A DNA stretch of 43,086 bases from a virus (taxonomy: Duplodnaviria > Caudoviricetes), in the IMG/VR virus record IMGVR_UViG_3300045996_001729, positions 1 to 43,086 of that record, one strand, 5' to 3'. The position numbers were made by a program, and so were the translations under genes. Every line of letters begins with the position of its first letter. Position 1 is the first letter of the stretch. The notes below the pieces were generated by a model that did not search any database, had not been told where the DNA came from, and saw only the letters and a list, made by a program, of their open reading frames with translations. This document shows, piece by piece, positions 35,228-43,086 of the stretch.

Positions 35228-37774
35228 GTGGCCGACTTCACCGACACGTTCAACCGCGCGCAAGACTCGGCCATCGGCAACGGGTGGACGAACGGCCCCA
35301 GCGCGTCCTTCTTCATCGACGCGAACCGGGCTTACGACCTCTCCGGCGGGACCGGCCGGTACTGCTACCGGACCGGCGCCGCCGACATGAGCGTGGTCGT
35401 GTCCGGGGTGCGGCACACCAACGGCGTCTCCGCCGTCCCGCCCGGCGGCATCGTCCTCCGCAACGACGGCAGCGGCAACTTCATCGTCGCCCGGTATCAG
35501 GCGAGCTCCAGCCAGGTCAGCTTCATGCGGTGGGCGGGCGGGGTCTACACCGCCGACATCGGCAGCGCGACCGGCTCCGTCACGATCGGGACCGACGACA
35601 GTTGGACGGCCGAGGCCGAGGGGACGACCTACCGCATCTACGTCAACGGGGTGCTCAAGAAGACGGAGACGTATTCGAACGGGACGTACAACTCGAACAC
35701 CGGGTACGGGATGTACTCGGAGTCGGGCAGCCTCCGCTTCGACCAACTCGACTACACCGCCCTCGTTACCGCCGTCCTGGCCTGCGACCGGGACAACGTC
35801 CTCTGCGGCTCCGGAACGGTGACGGTGAGCCTGACCGGCACGAACACGAGCTGGGCCGGCTCCCCGTTCTCGCTCACCGGGGCGCCGACCGGCTGGAGCA
35901 TCGCCAGCCAGAACGTGCTCAGCGGCACGTCGGCGACCGTCACGCTCAACAAGGGGAGCGGGACCGGGGCGTTTACCGTCACCGACGGGACCGCCTCCGA
36001 CACGCTCACCGCCACGAACACCGCGACCAGCGTGGGGGCGGGCGACTGGGACGTGGCGGCGACGTGGGACGTGGTCGACGTGCCGGTGTCGGGGAACCTC
36101 GCGGTCGTCGCCCACGACGTCAACGTGGACTCGGCCGCGGCCGTCGGCAGCAGCCCGGCCGAGGGCAACACGGTCCTGACGGTCAACGCCTCCGTGAGCC
36201 TGCTGGTGGAGGCCGGCCAGTCCCTCACGGTCAAGGGCGACGTCCTCTGTAACGGCATCCTCCAGGTCGGGGAGGCGTCCGGCGGGGCCACGCTGGAGTT
36301 CGACGCCTCCGGGGCGTCCTCCCCGTCGTCCCAGCAGTACCGGCTGCTCCTCAACCACGCCGCGGCCACGCTCAAGACCCGGGGCACGTCCGGCAGTCAC
36401 AGCGTCGTCCGCTCGAACTCCGGCGGCGGCAACGCCTACACGGTCAACGCCACCGGCAAGGGGCTGTGGGACTGCCAGTGGTGCGACTTCCTCCGCGTCG
36501 GGGACGCGACCAACCCCGCGATCGACTCGGCCAACAACACCAACCCGGGGTCGGCGACCACCTGGATCGACCTGTCCGACTGCACGTTCACGAGCTGCGG
36601 GCGGGTCAACACCAGCACCTCGCTCCCGGCGAACGCGGGAGCGTCGGTCGTCCGCACCCTGTTCGCCTCGGGGGCGCACGCCACCGACGACCTGCGGCTG
36701 ACCGGCAGCACGGCCGGGGTCGGGGTGACGCGGCTGGTCAACCTGTGCAGCTTCGAGAAGGCGTTCTACTGGCAGGAGGGGGCGTTCGCCGTCACCAACT
36801 CCGTCCTCGACGGCGAGGGCGGGGGGTCGGCCAACGCCTCGACGTGGGCGGCGGGCCAGTTCGACGGGTGCTTCTTCCGCCTCCTGACGACCAGCGGCGG
36901 CGGCATCACCGGCCTCGGGCTGCGGGGCGACACGACCGACTGCTACTTCCTGGCCGACGCCGGGACGGACAACCCCCACATCCTCCTGCCGCGGGACACC
37001 GGGTCGGCCCACACGCTCTCCGACTCGGTCGTGGAGTACACGAGGACCACCTCCGGGGACGCCGGGAACTGGTTCTACGGGTCCGGCGACTGGGTCGTGG
37101 ACTCCTGCATCGTCCTCCCCGGGGTCAACACCGCGTCCCCCGGGACGATCACCCCGCTCGGGTCCACCGCCCTCACGTTCCGCGTCCGGCACTGCACCCT
37201 GTACAGCCCGAGCTACGAGGGCGGCGTCCTCATCGGGGACGGCGGCGAGCTCGCCGCGCAGGTCGCCGAACTCACCGACTCGATCTTCTGGCACGGCACC
37301 GCCCTGTCGGCCGTGGCCGTCTCGGCAATCGGGACCGCGACGACGACGGACAACGTCGTGACCCCGGCCGGGGCGGTCTACAACGGTTTCCTCAACGCCG
37401 CCGCGACCCGCTACCAGGGCGACTACCCGACGACCCAGCCGGGGGCCAACGACAGTCTCCAGACGGGCCTCCCCGCCGACTACTTCGTGGACTCGACCCG
37501 CAACATCGGGACGTGGGCCGTCAGCCGCGGCAGCGCGAGCGGCACCTACGCGGACAAGGTGACCGACGCCCGGACGTACCTGCGGGCCGACCCGACGCTC
37601 GTGGCGGACCTGCTCGCCCACGTCCGGGCGGGGTTCCTCGTCAAGTACACGCCCTGGCGGACCGCGTCCAGCACGGGCACCGTCCTCGGGGCCGTCCAGG
37701 ACGCACTGCCCGGGGCCGTGTCGGTCGTCGCCCCCACCCGCCGCACCCGCAACCGCTCACTCAGCCGGAGGTAA
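35228..37774 (+). CDS. Large tail fibre / receptor-binding-like protein
   Basis: 848 aa; FTDTFNRA..IGNGW lectin-like start, GDW...ATW G8-like segment, beta-helix-like repeats. Confidence 0.7.
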   Translation: MADFTDTFNRAQDSAIGNGWTNGPSASFFIDANRAYDLSGGTGRYCYRTGAADMSVVVSGVRHTNGVSAVPPGGIVLRNDGSGNFIVARYQASSSQVSFMRWAGGVYTADIGSATGSVTIGTDDSWTAEAEGTTYRIYVNGVLKKTETYSNGTYNSNTGYGMYSESGSLRFDQLDYTALVTAVLACDRDNVLCGSGTVTVSLTGTNTSWAGSPFSLTGAPTGWSIASQNVLSGTSATVTLNKGSGTGAFTVTDGTASDTLTATNTATSVGAGDWDVAATWDVVDVPVSGNLAVVAHDVNVDSAAAVGSSPAEGNTVLTVNASVSLLVEAGQSLTVKGDVLCNGILQVGEASGGATLEFDASGASSPSSQQYRLLLNHAAATLKTRGTSGSHSVVRSNSGGGNAYTVNATGKGLWDCQWCDFLRVGDATNPAIDSANNTNPGSATTWIDLSDCTFTSCGRVNTSTSLPANAGASVVRTLFASGAHATDDLRLTGSTAGVGVTRLVNLCSFEKAFYWQEGAFAVTNSVLDGEGGGSANASTWAAGQFDGCFFRLLTTSGGGITGLGLRGDTTDCYFLADAGTDNPHILLPRDTGSAHTLSDSVVEYTRTTSGDAGNWFYGSGDWVVDSCIVLPGVNTASPGTITPLGSTALTFRVRHCTLYSPSYEGGVLIGDGGELAAQVAELTDSIFWHGTALSAVAVSAIGTATTTDNVVTPAGAVYNGFLNAAATRYQGDYPTTQPGANDSLQTGLPADYFVDSTRNIGTWAVSRGSASGTYADKVTDARTYLRADPTLVADLLAHVRAGFLVKYTPWRTASSTGTVLGAVQDALPGAVSVVAPTRRTRNRSLSRR

Positions 37775-37780
37775 CCCACC

Positions 37781-38254
37781 GTGGGACGTTTTTATTCCGT
37801 GCCGATTGCCGCCGTCGCCAGCCCCGCCGCGGCGTTCGACGCCTTCGAGGTGCTCGCCGCGGCCGGCAAGCCGTTCGTGCTGCACGAGGTCTGCCTCGGG
37901 CAGTCGAGCGACTACGGGGACGCCGCCGCCGAGGGGCTGTCGGTGACGATCAAGAAGGGGATCGGGAGCACGTCCGGCAGCGGCGGGAGCACGCCGGGGG
38001 CGAACAAGCACAACACCAACGACGCCGCCGCCGGGCCGACCCCGGAGACGATGAACACCACCCAGGCGGTCGCCGGGGGCGGGTCGCTGACGACGATCCG
38101 GGCCGAGGCGTTCAACGCGCAGGGGGGCTACCAGTACCTCCCGACCCCGGAGACGCGGATCACGTTCCTCCCGGCCGAGGCGTGCGTCGTGTCCGTGTCC
38201 GCACCCGCCGACGCGATTACCGTCTCCGGCACCCTGATTTTCGAGGAGCTCTAG
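37781..38254 (+). CDS. Virion accessory protein
   Basis: Follows the fibre gene; ends TLIFEEL; GC3 bias. Confidence 0.6.
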   Translation: MGRFYSVPIAAVASPAAAFDAFEVLAAAGKPFVLHEVCLGQSSDYGDAAAEGLSVTIKKGIGSTSGSGGSTPGANKHNTNDAAAGPTPETMNTTQAVAGGGSLTTIRAEAFNAQGGYQYLPTPETRITFLPAEACVVSVSAPADAITVSGTLIFEEL

Positions 38255-38257
38255 GCC

Positions 38258-38395
38258 ATGCCCGACGAGCCCGTTGACCCCCGCACGGTGGAGATCACCG
38301 GCACCGCCCACGTGACGATCGACGTGTTCGACTTCCTCCGGGAGCGGGCGAGCCCCCCGGAAACCCCCGCGGAGGCCGCGACCGATGGCGAATAA
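38258..38395 (+). CDS. 45-aa hypothetical protein
   Basis: Hand translation MPDEPVDPRTVEITGTAHVTIDVFDFLRERASPPETPAEAATDGE; GAGGAG RBS. Confidence 0.5.
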   Translation: MPDEPVDPRTVEITGTAHVTIDVFDFLRERASPPETPAEAATDGE

Positions 38396-38399
38396 CCGA

Positions 38400-39164
38400 C
38401 TACCCGCCGACGGGCGTGGTGAGGGCGGCTGCCGCCGTCCAGCCGCGTTGCAGTCGTGCGCGGATGGTCGGGGACGCGATGCCGGTCACCGCCTCCCACT
38501 CGCCCGCCGTGAGCGTGCGGCCGTCGTGGGTGATGGTCGTCACCTGTTCGGCCGGGGCGGCGATGGCGGCGGCGAACGACATGCCCGCGTCAAGGCGGTT
38601 GCGGAGGGTCGTCGGCTTGAGGCCGACCCGCACCGCCCACCGCGTCATGCTCAGCGTCTCCCCGTTGTGGGTGTACCGGCGGGTGCGGGTGGTGTTGTCC
38701 GCTTGCTCCACGCGGGTGGCCCAGACGCAGTTCTCGGGCGAGTAGGGGCCGTCCACGTCCTTCCGCTCGATGGTGTGGGCGAGGGTGGGTCGCTCACCCA
38801 TGTCTGCGAGGAAGTTCTCGAACGAGTGGCGCCACCGGTCGCAGACGGCGATACCGCGACCGCCGTAGCGATCGTAACCGGTGGCGTTCGCCCTGTGGCA
38901 GCGGGAGTTCATTACCGCCCACGTTCGGTACTCCGGGCTGTGGGATCGCCCGTGAGACGTGACCGTCTCCCGCTGGAGACACCCGCAACTGCGGTGCTTC
39001 CCGGCGGTCAGAGACGTGGCAAACGCGATGCTCTCGCCCCCGCAGTCGCACCGGCACCGCCAGAGAACCTTCTTGCCCTTGCGGCCGGCGAAGGCGGTCA
39101 CCAGCAGCCGGTCGAACCGTCGGCCTTCGAGGTCTTGGAACCGCCAGTGTGTCGGCTTGTCCAC
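38400..39164 (-). mobile_element. Free-standing HNH-family homing endonuclease gene
   Basis: WRCRCDCG, SCGC, YGGRGI.VC.RW..F..F.ADMG.RP, TIER.D.DG.YSPENC.WAT; two C-terminal HTH repeats; own TATAGT -10 at 39211-39206 and GAGGA RBS. Confidence 0.88.
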
Positions 39165-39250
39165 GATGGATCGTCCTCGGGCGAGTGTGGCGAACAACAC
39201 GCCACACTATACGCACCGTGGGCATCCAATAATTAGGGGAGGGTAAGAAA

Positions 39251-39658
39251 ATCGCAAACAACTTGCTCATAAGCGTCGCCGCCCGCAACGCGGCCCTGGA
39301 CGCCGTAACCGCCCTGCTCAACAGCGGCGGCGCGGGCACGATAAAAGTGTATGACGGGAGTCAGCCGGCCGGGCCGGGGACGGCCATTACGTCGCAAAAC
39401 CTCCTGGTCACCCTGACCTTCTCCTCGACCTCGTTCGGGGCGTCGAGCAGCGGCACGGCGACGGCGAACAGCATCACCAGCGGCACCGCCGGCGCCACCG
39501 GCACGGCCTCCTGGGCGCGGCTGGCGAGCGGGGGCGGGACGGCGGTGATGGACATGACGGTCGGGGCGAGCGCCACCGACATCGTGCTGAGCTCGGCGAC
39601 GATCAACAACGGCAACACGGTCAGCATCAGCTCGTTCACCCTGACCCACCCCGCCTAA
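39251..39658 (+). CDS. Virion/tail accessory protein (RNA.LD...G.I.VY.G..P type); start uncertain
   Basis: AARNAALDA..G.IKVYDG.QP..GTASWARL..D.TVG; ATC 39251 lies 8 nt after GGAGG, alternative TTG 39263. Confidence 0.75.
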   Translation: MANNLLISVAARNAALDAVTALLNSGGAGTIKVYDGSQPAGPGTAITSQNLLVTLTFSSTSFGASSSGTATANSITSGTAGATGTASWARLASGGGTAVMDMTVGASATDIVLSSATINNGNTVSISSFTLTHPA

Positions 39659-39672
39659 CCGGGGGGTGACCC

Positions 39673-40317
39673 GTGCCCGCCGTCTTCCGCCGCCGGGGCG
39701 CTTACGCCCGGCGCCGGCGGTGGGTGCCGGCGGGGGGTGCCGGGTTCGGCATCGCCGCCGGCACCCTGTCCGCCGTCACCGGCTCGGCCGCCGGGGCGAT
39801 CTCGTCCGGCGGGTCCGCCGCCGCCGACCTCCGCGCCGTCACCGGCGCCGCGGCCGGCACCTCGACCGCCACCGGCACGGGGTCGCCGAGCCTGTCCGCC
39901 GTCACCGGGTCGGCCGCGGGGTCCGTCTCCGGGGGCGGCGGGTTCGGGACGCTGTCCCGGGTCACCGGCGCCGCGACCGGGGCCGTCGCCAACCCCGGCA
40001 GCGGGGCCGCGACCGTCTCCCGGTTCGCCGGGTCGGCGGCCGGCCAGAACACCGGCGGGGCGGCGGCCGGCACCCTGGCGGCCGTCACCGGCGCCGCGGC
40101 GGGCGTGGTCGCCAACCCGGGCACGGCGGCGGGGTCGCTGTCGCGGGTGACCGGGGCGGCGTTCGACGCCGGCCTGACCGCGACCGGGGCCGCGACGCTC
40201 GCGGCGGTGACCGGGGCGGCGGCGGGGGCGGTGTCCGACGTGTCGGGCACCGGCGGCGCCACGACCGCCACGCTCACCTACGAGCACCTGACGACCGGCA
40301 CCCTGACCCTGAGTTGA
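39673..40317 (+). CDS. Ala/Gly/Thr repeat fibre-like protein with Arg-rich N-terminus
   Basis: Eight L.[AR]VTG[SA]A.G-like repeats at 20-22 aa spacing. Confidence 0.7.
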   Translation: MPAVFRRRGAYARRRRWVPAGGAGFGIAAGTLSAVTGSAAGAISSGGSAAADLRAVTGAAAGTSTATGTGSPSLSAVTGSAAGSVSGGGGFGTLSRVTGAATGAVANPGSGAATVSRFAGSAAGQNTGGAAAGTLAAVTGAAAGVVANPGTAAGSLSRVTGAAFDAGLTATGAATLAAVTGAAAGAVSDVSGTGGATTATLTYEHLTTGTLTLS

Positions 40318-40320
40318 CCC

Positions 40321-40653
40321 GTGGCCCTACTCACGCTCAACACCGACGGCACCCTGACCCTGACCGCGTGGACGCGGCGGGACACGTCCGCGGCCCTCAC
40401 CGCCGCCACCGTGACGTGGGCCGTCTACGGCCCGGACGGGTCGGCCGCGACCGACGGCGGCGACCCGGCGACGGCCGCCACCGGCACCCTCACCCACACG
40501 TCCGGCGGCACCTACACGGGCACCGTCGAGTCCACCAGCTACGCGAGCCTGGCCGTCGGGGAGAAGTACCGGATCGCGGTGACCGCCGTCCAGGGCGGGT
40601 TCAACCGCGAGTTCAACCTGACGGGCTACGTCCAGCGGGGGGGCGGCTCCTAG
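40321..40653 (+). CDS. Small Ig-like virion protein
   Basis: ATVT..VY.PDG, G.YTG, G..Y.I.VTA beta-sandwich pattern. Confidence 0.55.
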   Translation: MALLTLNTDGTLTLTAWTRRDTSAALTAATVTWAVYGPDGSAATDGGDPATAATGTLTHTSGGTYTGTVESTSYASLAVGEKYRIAVTAVQGGFNREFNLTGYVQRGGGS

Positions 40654-40655
40654 CC

Positions 40656-40683
40656 GGCAGGTTCCCCCGGCCCCCCCGACACT
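40656..40683 (+). promoter_or_regulatory. Putative late promoter upstream of secreted-protein cluster
   Basis: Box + GACACT at offset 22. Confidence 0.75.
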
Positions 40684-40715
40684 GGGGGCACACCCACCCC
40701 GGGGGAACCACTCCC

Positions 40716-41486
40716 ATGCGTCTCGCCGCCCTCGCGGTGCTCGCCCTCGCCGGCCCGGCCCTCGCCCAGCCGCCCATCCCGCCCGCCGCGGACGGCCCCC
40801 CGGTCGTGCCGAAGGCGGTCGGGTCCGGCCCGTTCGCCCCGCCCGAGGTGATCGTCTCGACCGCCGGGGCCGCGGTGTACGTGCCGCCGGCCACGGTGGT
40901 GGCGGTGGAGTACGTCGCCCTGGACGACGAGCAGCCGTTCGACGTGCGGGCCATCGGCGGCAGCAAGACGGCGTTCGTCCTGCTGACCCGGGGCCTTCCG
41001 CCCGGCGCGCGGTATCGGTTCGTCGGGGTCGCCAGCGACAAGGCGGGGAACCTGACCCGCAAGCAGTTCGCCGTCACCATCCCCGGCCCGCCGACCCCGC
41101 CCGTTCCGCCGACCCCGCCGGTCCCGCCCCCCGTGCCGGTGCCCAACCCCTACCGCGCCCAGCTCAAGGCCGCGTTCGACGCCGACCCGGGCGAGACGCC
41201 GGACAAGACCGCCGTCCGCAAGTCACTGGCCGAGCTGTACGACCTGGCCGCGACGATGGCCCTGGCCCCGCCCGGCGACCAGTTGCACGTCACGACCACG
41301 GACCAGCTCCGCACCCGGCTCCGGGCCGCCGCCGCGAGTCTCGCCCAGGACCAGTGCGCGGGGCTGCGGACGAGCATTGCCAACATCCTCGCCCCGGCGC
41401 TGCCGCTGGGCGCGACGCTGACGGACGAGTCGCGGCGGGCGGCGGCGGGGCTGTTCCGGCAGGTGAGCGAGGGGTTGTCGTGGTGA
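40716..41486 (+). CDS. Secreted protein: signal peptide, beta domain, Pro-rich linker, helical domain
   Basis: MRLAALAVLALAGPALA-Q signal; PPTPPVPPTPPVPPP linker. Confidence 0.75.
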   Translation: MRLAALAVLALAGPALAQPPIPPAADGPPVVPKAVGSGPFAPPEVIVSTAGAAVYVPPATVVAVEYVALDDEQPFDVRAIGGSKTAFVLLTRGLPPGARYRFVGVASDKAGNLTRKQFAVTIPGPPTPPVPPTPPVPPPVPVPNPYRAQLKAAFDADPGETPDKTAVRKSLAELYDLAATMALAPPGDQLHVTTTDQLRTRLRAAAASLAQDQCAGLRTSIANILAPALPLGATLTDESRRAAAGLFRQVSEGLSW

Positions 41487-41590
41487 GGCGGCTTCGGAAC
41501 GCCTGGCACAACATCGTGGTTCATCCGCTCGCCGGGGTGTGTTGGCTGTTCGGCTTCGAGCGGGCCGGCGACTGGTTACACGGAGACTGA
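41483..41590 (+). CDS. 35-aa peptide with HNxxxHP...WLH motif
   Basis: GTGA-coupled; MRRLRNAWHNIVVHPLAGVCWLFGFERAGDWLHGD. Confidence 0.6.
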   Translation: MRRLRNAWHNIVVHPLAGVCWLFGFERAGDWLHGD

Positions 41591-41592
41591 CC

Positions 41593-42726
41593 ATGCCCGA
41601 CGAAACCCCGACCCCCTCCTGGCGGGACTACCTCCCCGGCCCGTCCGTCGTCAAGACGGCCCTGCTGTGGCTGGTGACGAGCGTCCTGTTCGCCATCGCC
41701 GCCCGGTACGGGTTCCCGCCGCCGCCGGTGTTCGTGGACCGGGAGGTGGTCAAGGAGGTCCAGGTCTTCGTCGGGCTGGGGCCGGACGAGCCGGTGACGG
41801 GCTGGGTGTCCGACCCGGACGAGGTGGCCGCCGTCGTCGCCCGGGTCGCCCCGCCGGTGTTCGCGGACACCCCCGCCGGCCAAGCTCAAGACCTGCCGGC
41901 CGCGGTCTACCTCTGGAAAGCCTATGAGCGGCTGCCCGGCAAGACCCCGCCGGTGAAGAACCAGGGTCAGGTCGGGTCGTGCGTCTCGTTCGGCACCAAC
42001 GCGGCGGTCGAACGCACGCTCGCCGCGCAGGCCGCCGCCGGCCAGCCGTGGGAGTGGGTGCGGTTCACCGAGGAGGCCACCTACGGCGGGAGCAGGGTTG
42101 AAGTCGGCGGGGGCCGCATCCGCGGGGACGGGTCGGTCGGGGCGTGGGCCGCCGAGTTCGTCGTCAAGTGGGGGATGTTGCCGAGGCAGAAGCACGGCAG
42201 CGTGGACACCACCACGTACAGCGAAAGCCTGTGCCGGCAGTGGGGCAGCCGCGGGGTGCCCGACGACCTCGAGGCGACCTGCCGCAAGTTCCCCGTCAAG
42301 GACACCACCCGGATCACCACCTGGGCCGACGCCAAGAAGGCCCTCGCCAGCGGCTACGGCATCGCCGTGTGCAGCAACCAGGGGTTCGCGTTCCAGCGGG
42401 ACCAGAACGGCGTCTGCCGGACGTCCGGGTCGTGGGCGCATTGCATGTGCCTCGACGGCTACCACACGGAGGGCGGCCGGGAGTACGGCCACATCGTCAA
42501 CTCCTGGGGCGGCGACGCCCACCGCGGCCCGGTCGGCTGGGGCAACCCCGGACCGGACGGGTTCTGGGCCGAGTCGGCTACCGTGGACCGGATGCTGAGG
42601 CAGGGCGACTCGTGGGCGTTCAGCGGGGCGACTGGATTCCCGCGGCGCGTGCTTCCGGATTGGTTTATCACCGCCCCGCGGCCCCGCCCGCTCTTGCCCC
42701 GGGCCGAATTCGCCCTGGCCTTCTGA
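41593..42726 (+). CDS. Membrane-anchored papain-like (C1) cysteine peptidase
   Basis: NQGQVGSCVSFG (Gln/Cys), WAHCM (His), IVNSWG (Asn); N-terminal hydrophobic helix. Confidence 0.88.
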   Translation: MPDETPTPSWRDYLPGPSVVKTALLWLVTSVLFAIAARYGFPPPPVFVDREVVKEVQVFVGLGPDEPVTGWVSDPDEVAAVVARVAPPVFADTPAGQAQDLPAAVYLWKAYERLPGKTPPVKNQGQVGSCVSFGTNAAVERTLAAQAAAGQPWEWVRFTEEATYGGSRVEVGGGRIRGDGSVGAWAAEFVVKWGMLPRQKHGSVDTTTYSESLCRQWGSRGVPDDLEATCRKFPVKDTTRITTWADAKKALASGYGIAVCSNQGFAFQRDQNGVCRTSGSWAHCMCLDGYHTEGGREYGHIVNSWGGDAHRGPVGWGNPGPDGFWAESATVDRMLRQGDSWAFSGATGFPRRVLPDWFITAPRPRPLLPRAEFALAF

Positions 42727-42744
42727 CACAGTGAGGGAGACCCG

Positions 42745-43086
42745 ATGCGACTTGCGACCCTGGCCGTCCTGATCCTCGCCGCCCCCGCGGGCGCCGCCGA
42801 CCCGTGCCCCAGGTCCCGGGCGAAGGCGGCGCTGGCCCTGGCGAGCAGTTGCGACTGCCCGAAGGAGGCCGCCCCGAAGTGCGGGCGGGCGGCCGAGGTG
42901 CTGCTGGCCGTCATCGCCCAGATCGACGCGGAGGCCGAGAGCCCGCCCACCGCCCCGCCCCCGCGGGCGAAGGCGAAGTGCGAGGGGTGCGAGGGGAAGT
43001 GCGAGGCGTGCGGCCCCGGCTGCTCCTGCCCGCGGCCGGCGGCCCCGGGTGCCCTGAAGGCGCCGGCCCCCCTCTACCCCGCCGCG
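42745..43086 (+). CDS. Secreted Cys-rich protein, truncated by window end
   Basis: MRLATLAVLILAAPAGA signal; CDC, CEGC, CSC motifs. Confidence 0.65.
   Translation, partial: MRLATLAVLILAAPAGAADPCPRSRAKAALALASSCDCPKEAAPKCGRAAEVLLAVIAQIDAEAESPPTAPPPRAKAKCEGCEGKCEACGPGCSCPRPAAPGALKAPAPLYPAA

Noticed and set aside
38397-39262. Group I intron around the HNH gene
   Set aside because: The nuclease is antisense and fills almost the whole insert, leaving no room for a ribozyme core
8400-40683. The 14-mer as CRISPR repeat, REP element or recombination site
   Set aside because: Dispersed, non-palindromic, always oriented toward a downstream gene with a fixed -10 spacing; no cas or recombinase gene

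Overview
About 43 kb of a very GC-rich tailed phage or prophage, probably a siphovirus. A TIGR02996-domain gene suggests a Gemmataceae (Planctomycetota) host. Left arm (1-8.4 kb): ParB-like protein, SF2 helicase, stand-alone DnaB N-domain, a ~430-nt structured non-coding region, RusA-like resolvase, HTH protein, a minimal QueF-like + DpdA-like 7-deazaguanine pair and a DNA methyltransferase. From 8.4 kb the late region runs terS/terL, portal, a 1646-aa polyvalent protein ending in an ART-like domain, prohead protease/scaffold, HK97-type capsid, inverted head-tail joining genes, tail tube, a -1 frameshifted chaperone, tape measure, tail-tip/fibre genes, an HNH insertion and a secreted-protein/papain-like peptidase cluster. 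Most notable observations: (1) ten exact copies of CGGCAGGTTCCCCC, nine with a -10-like hexamer at a fixed distance, defining a putative late regulon; (2) two small antisense genes with their own -10 and RBS nested inside the uninterrupted polyvalent ORF, plus an internal in-frame promoter/start; (3) an HNH cassette that splits a gene start (MANN...ANNLL) and supplies a recoded copy; (4) a candidate structured ncRNA. All calls come from motif recognition by eye; no database searches or folding programs were run.
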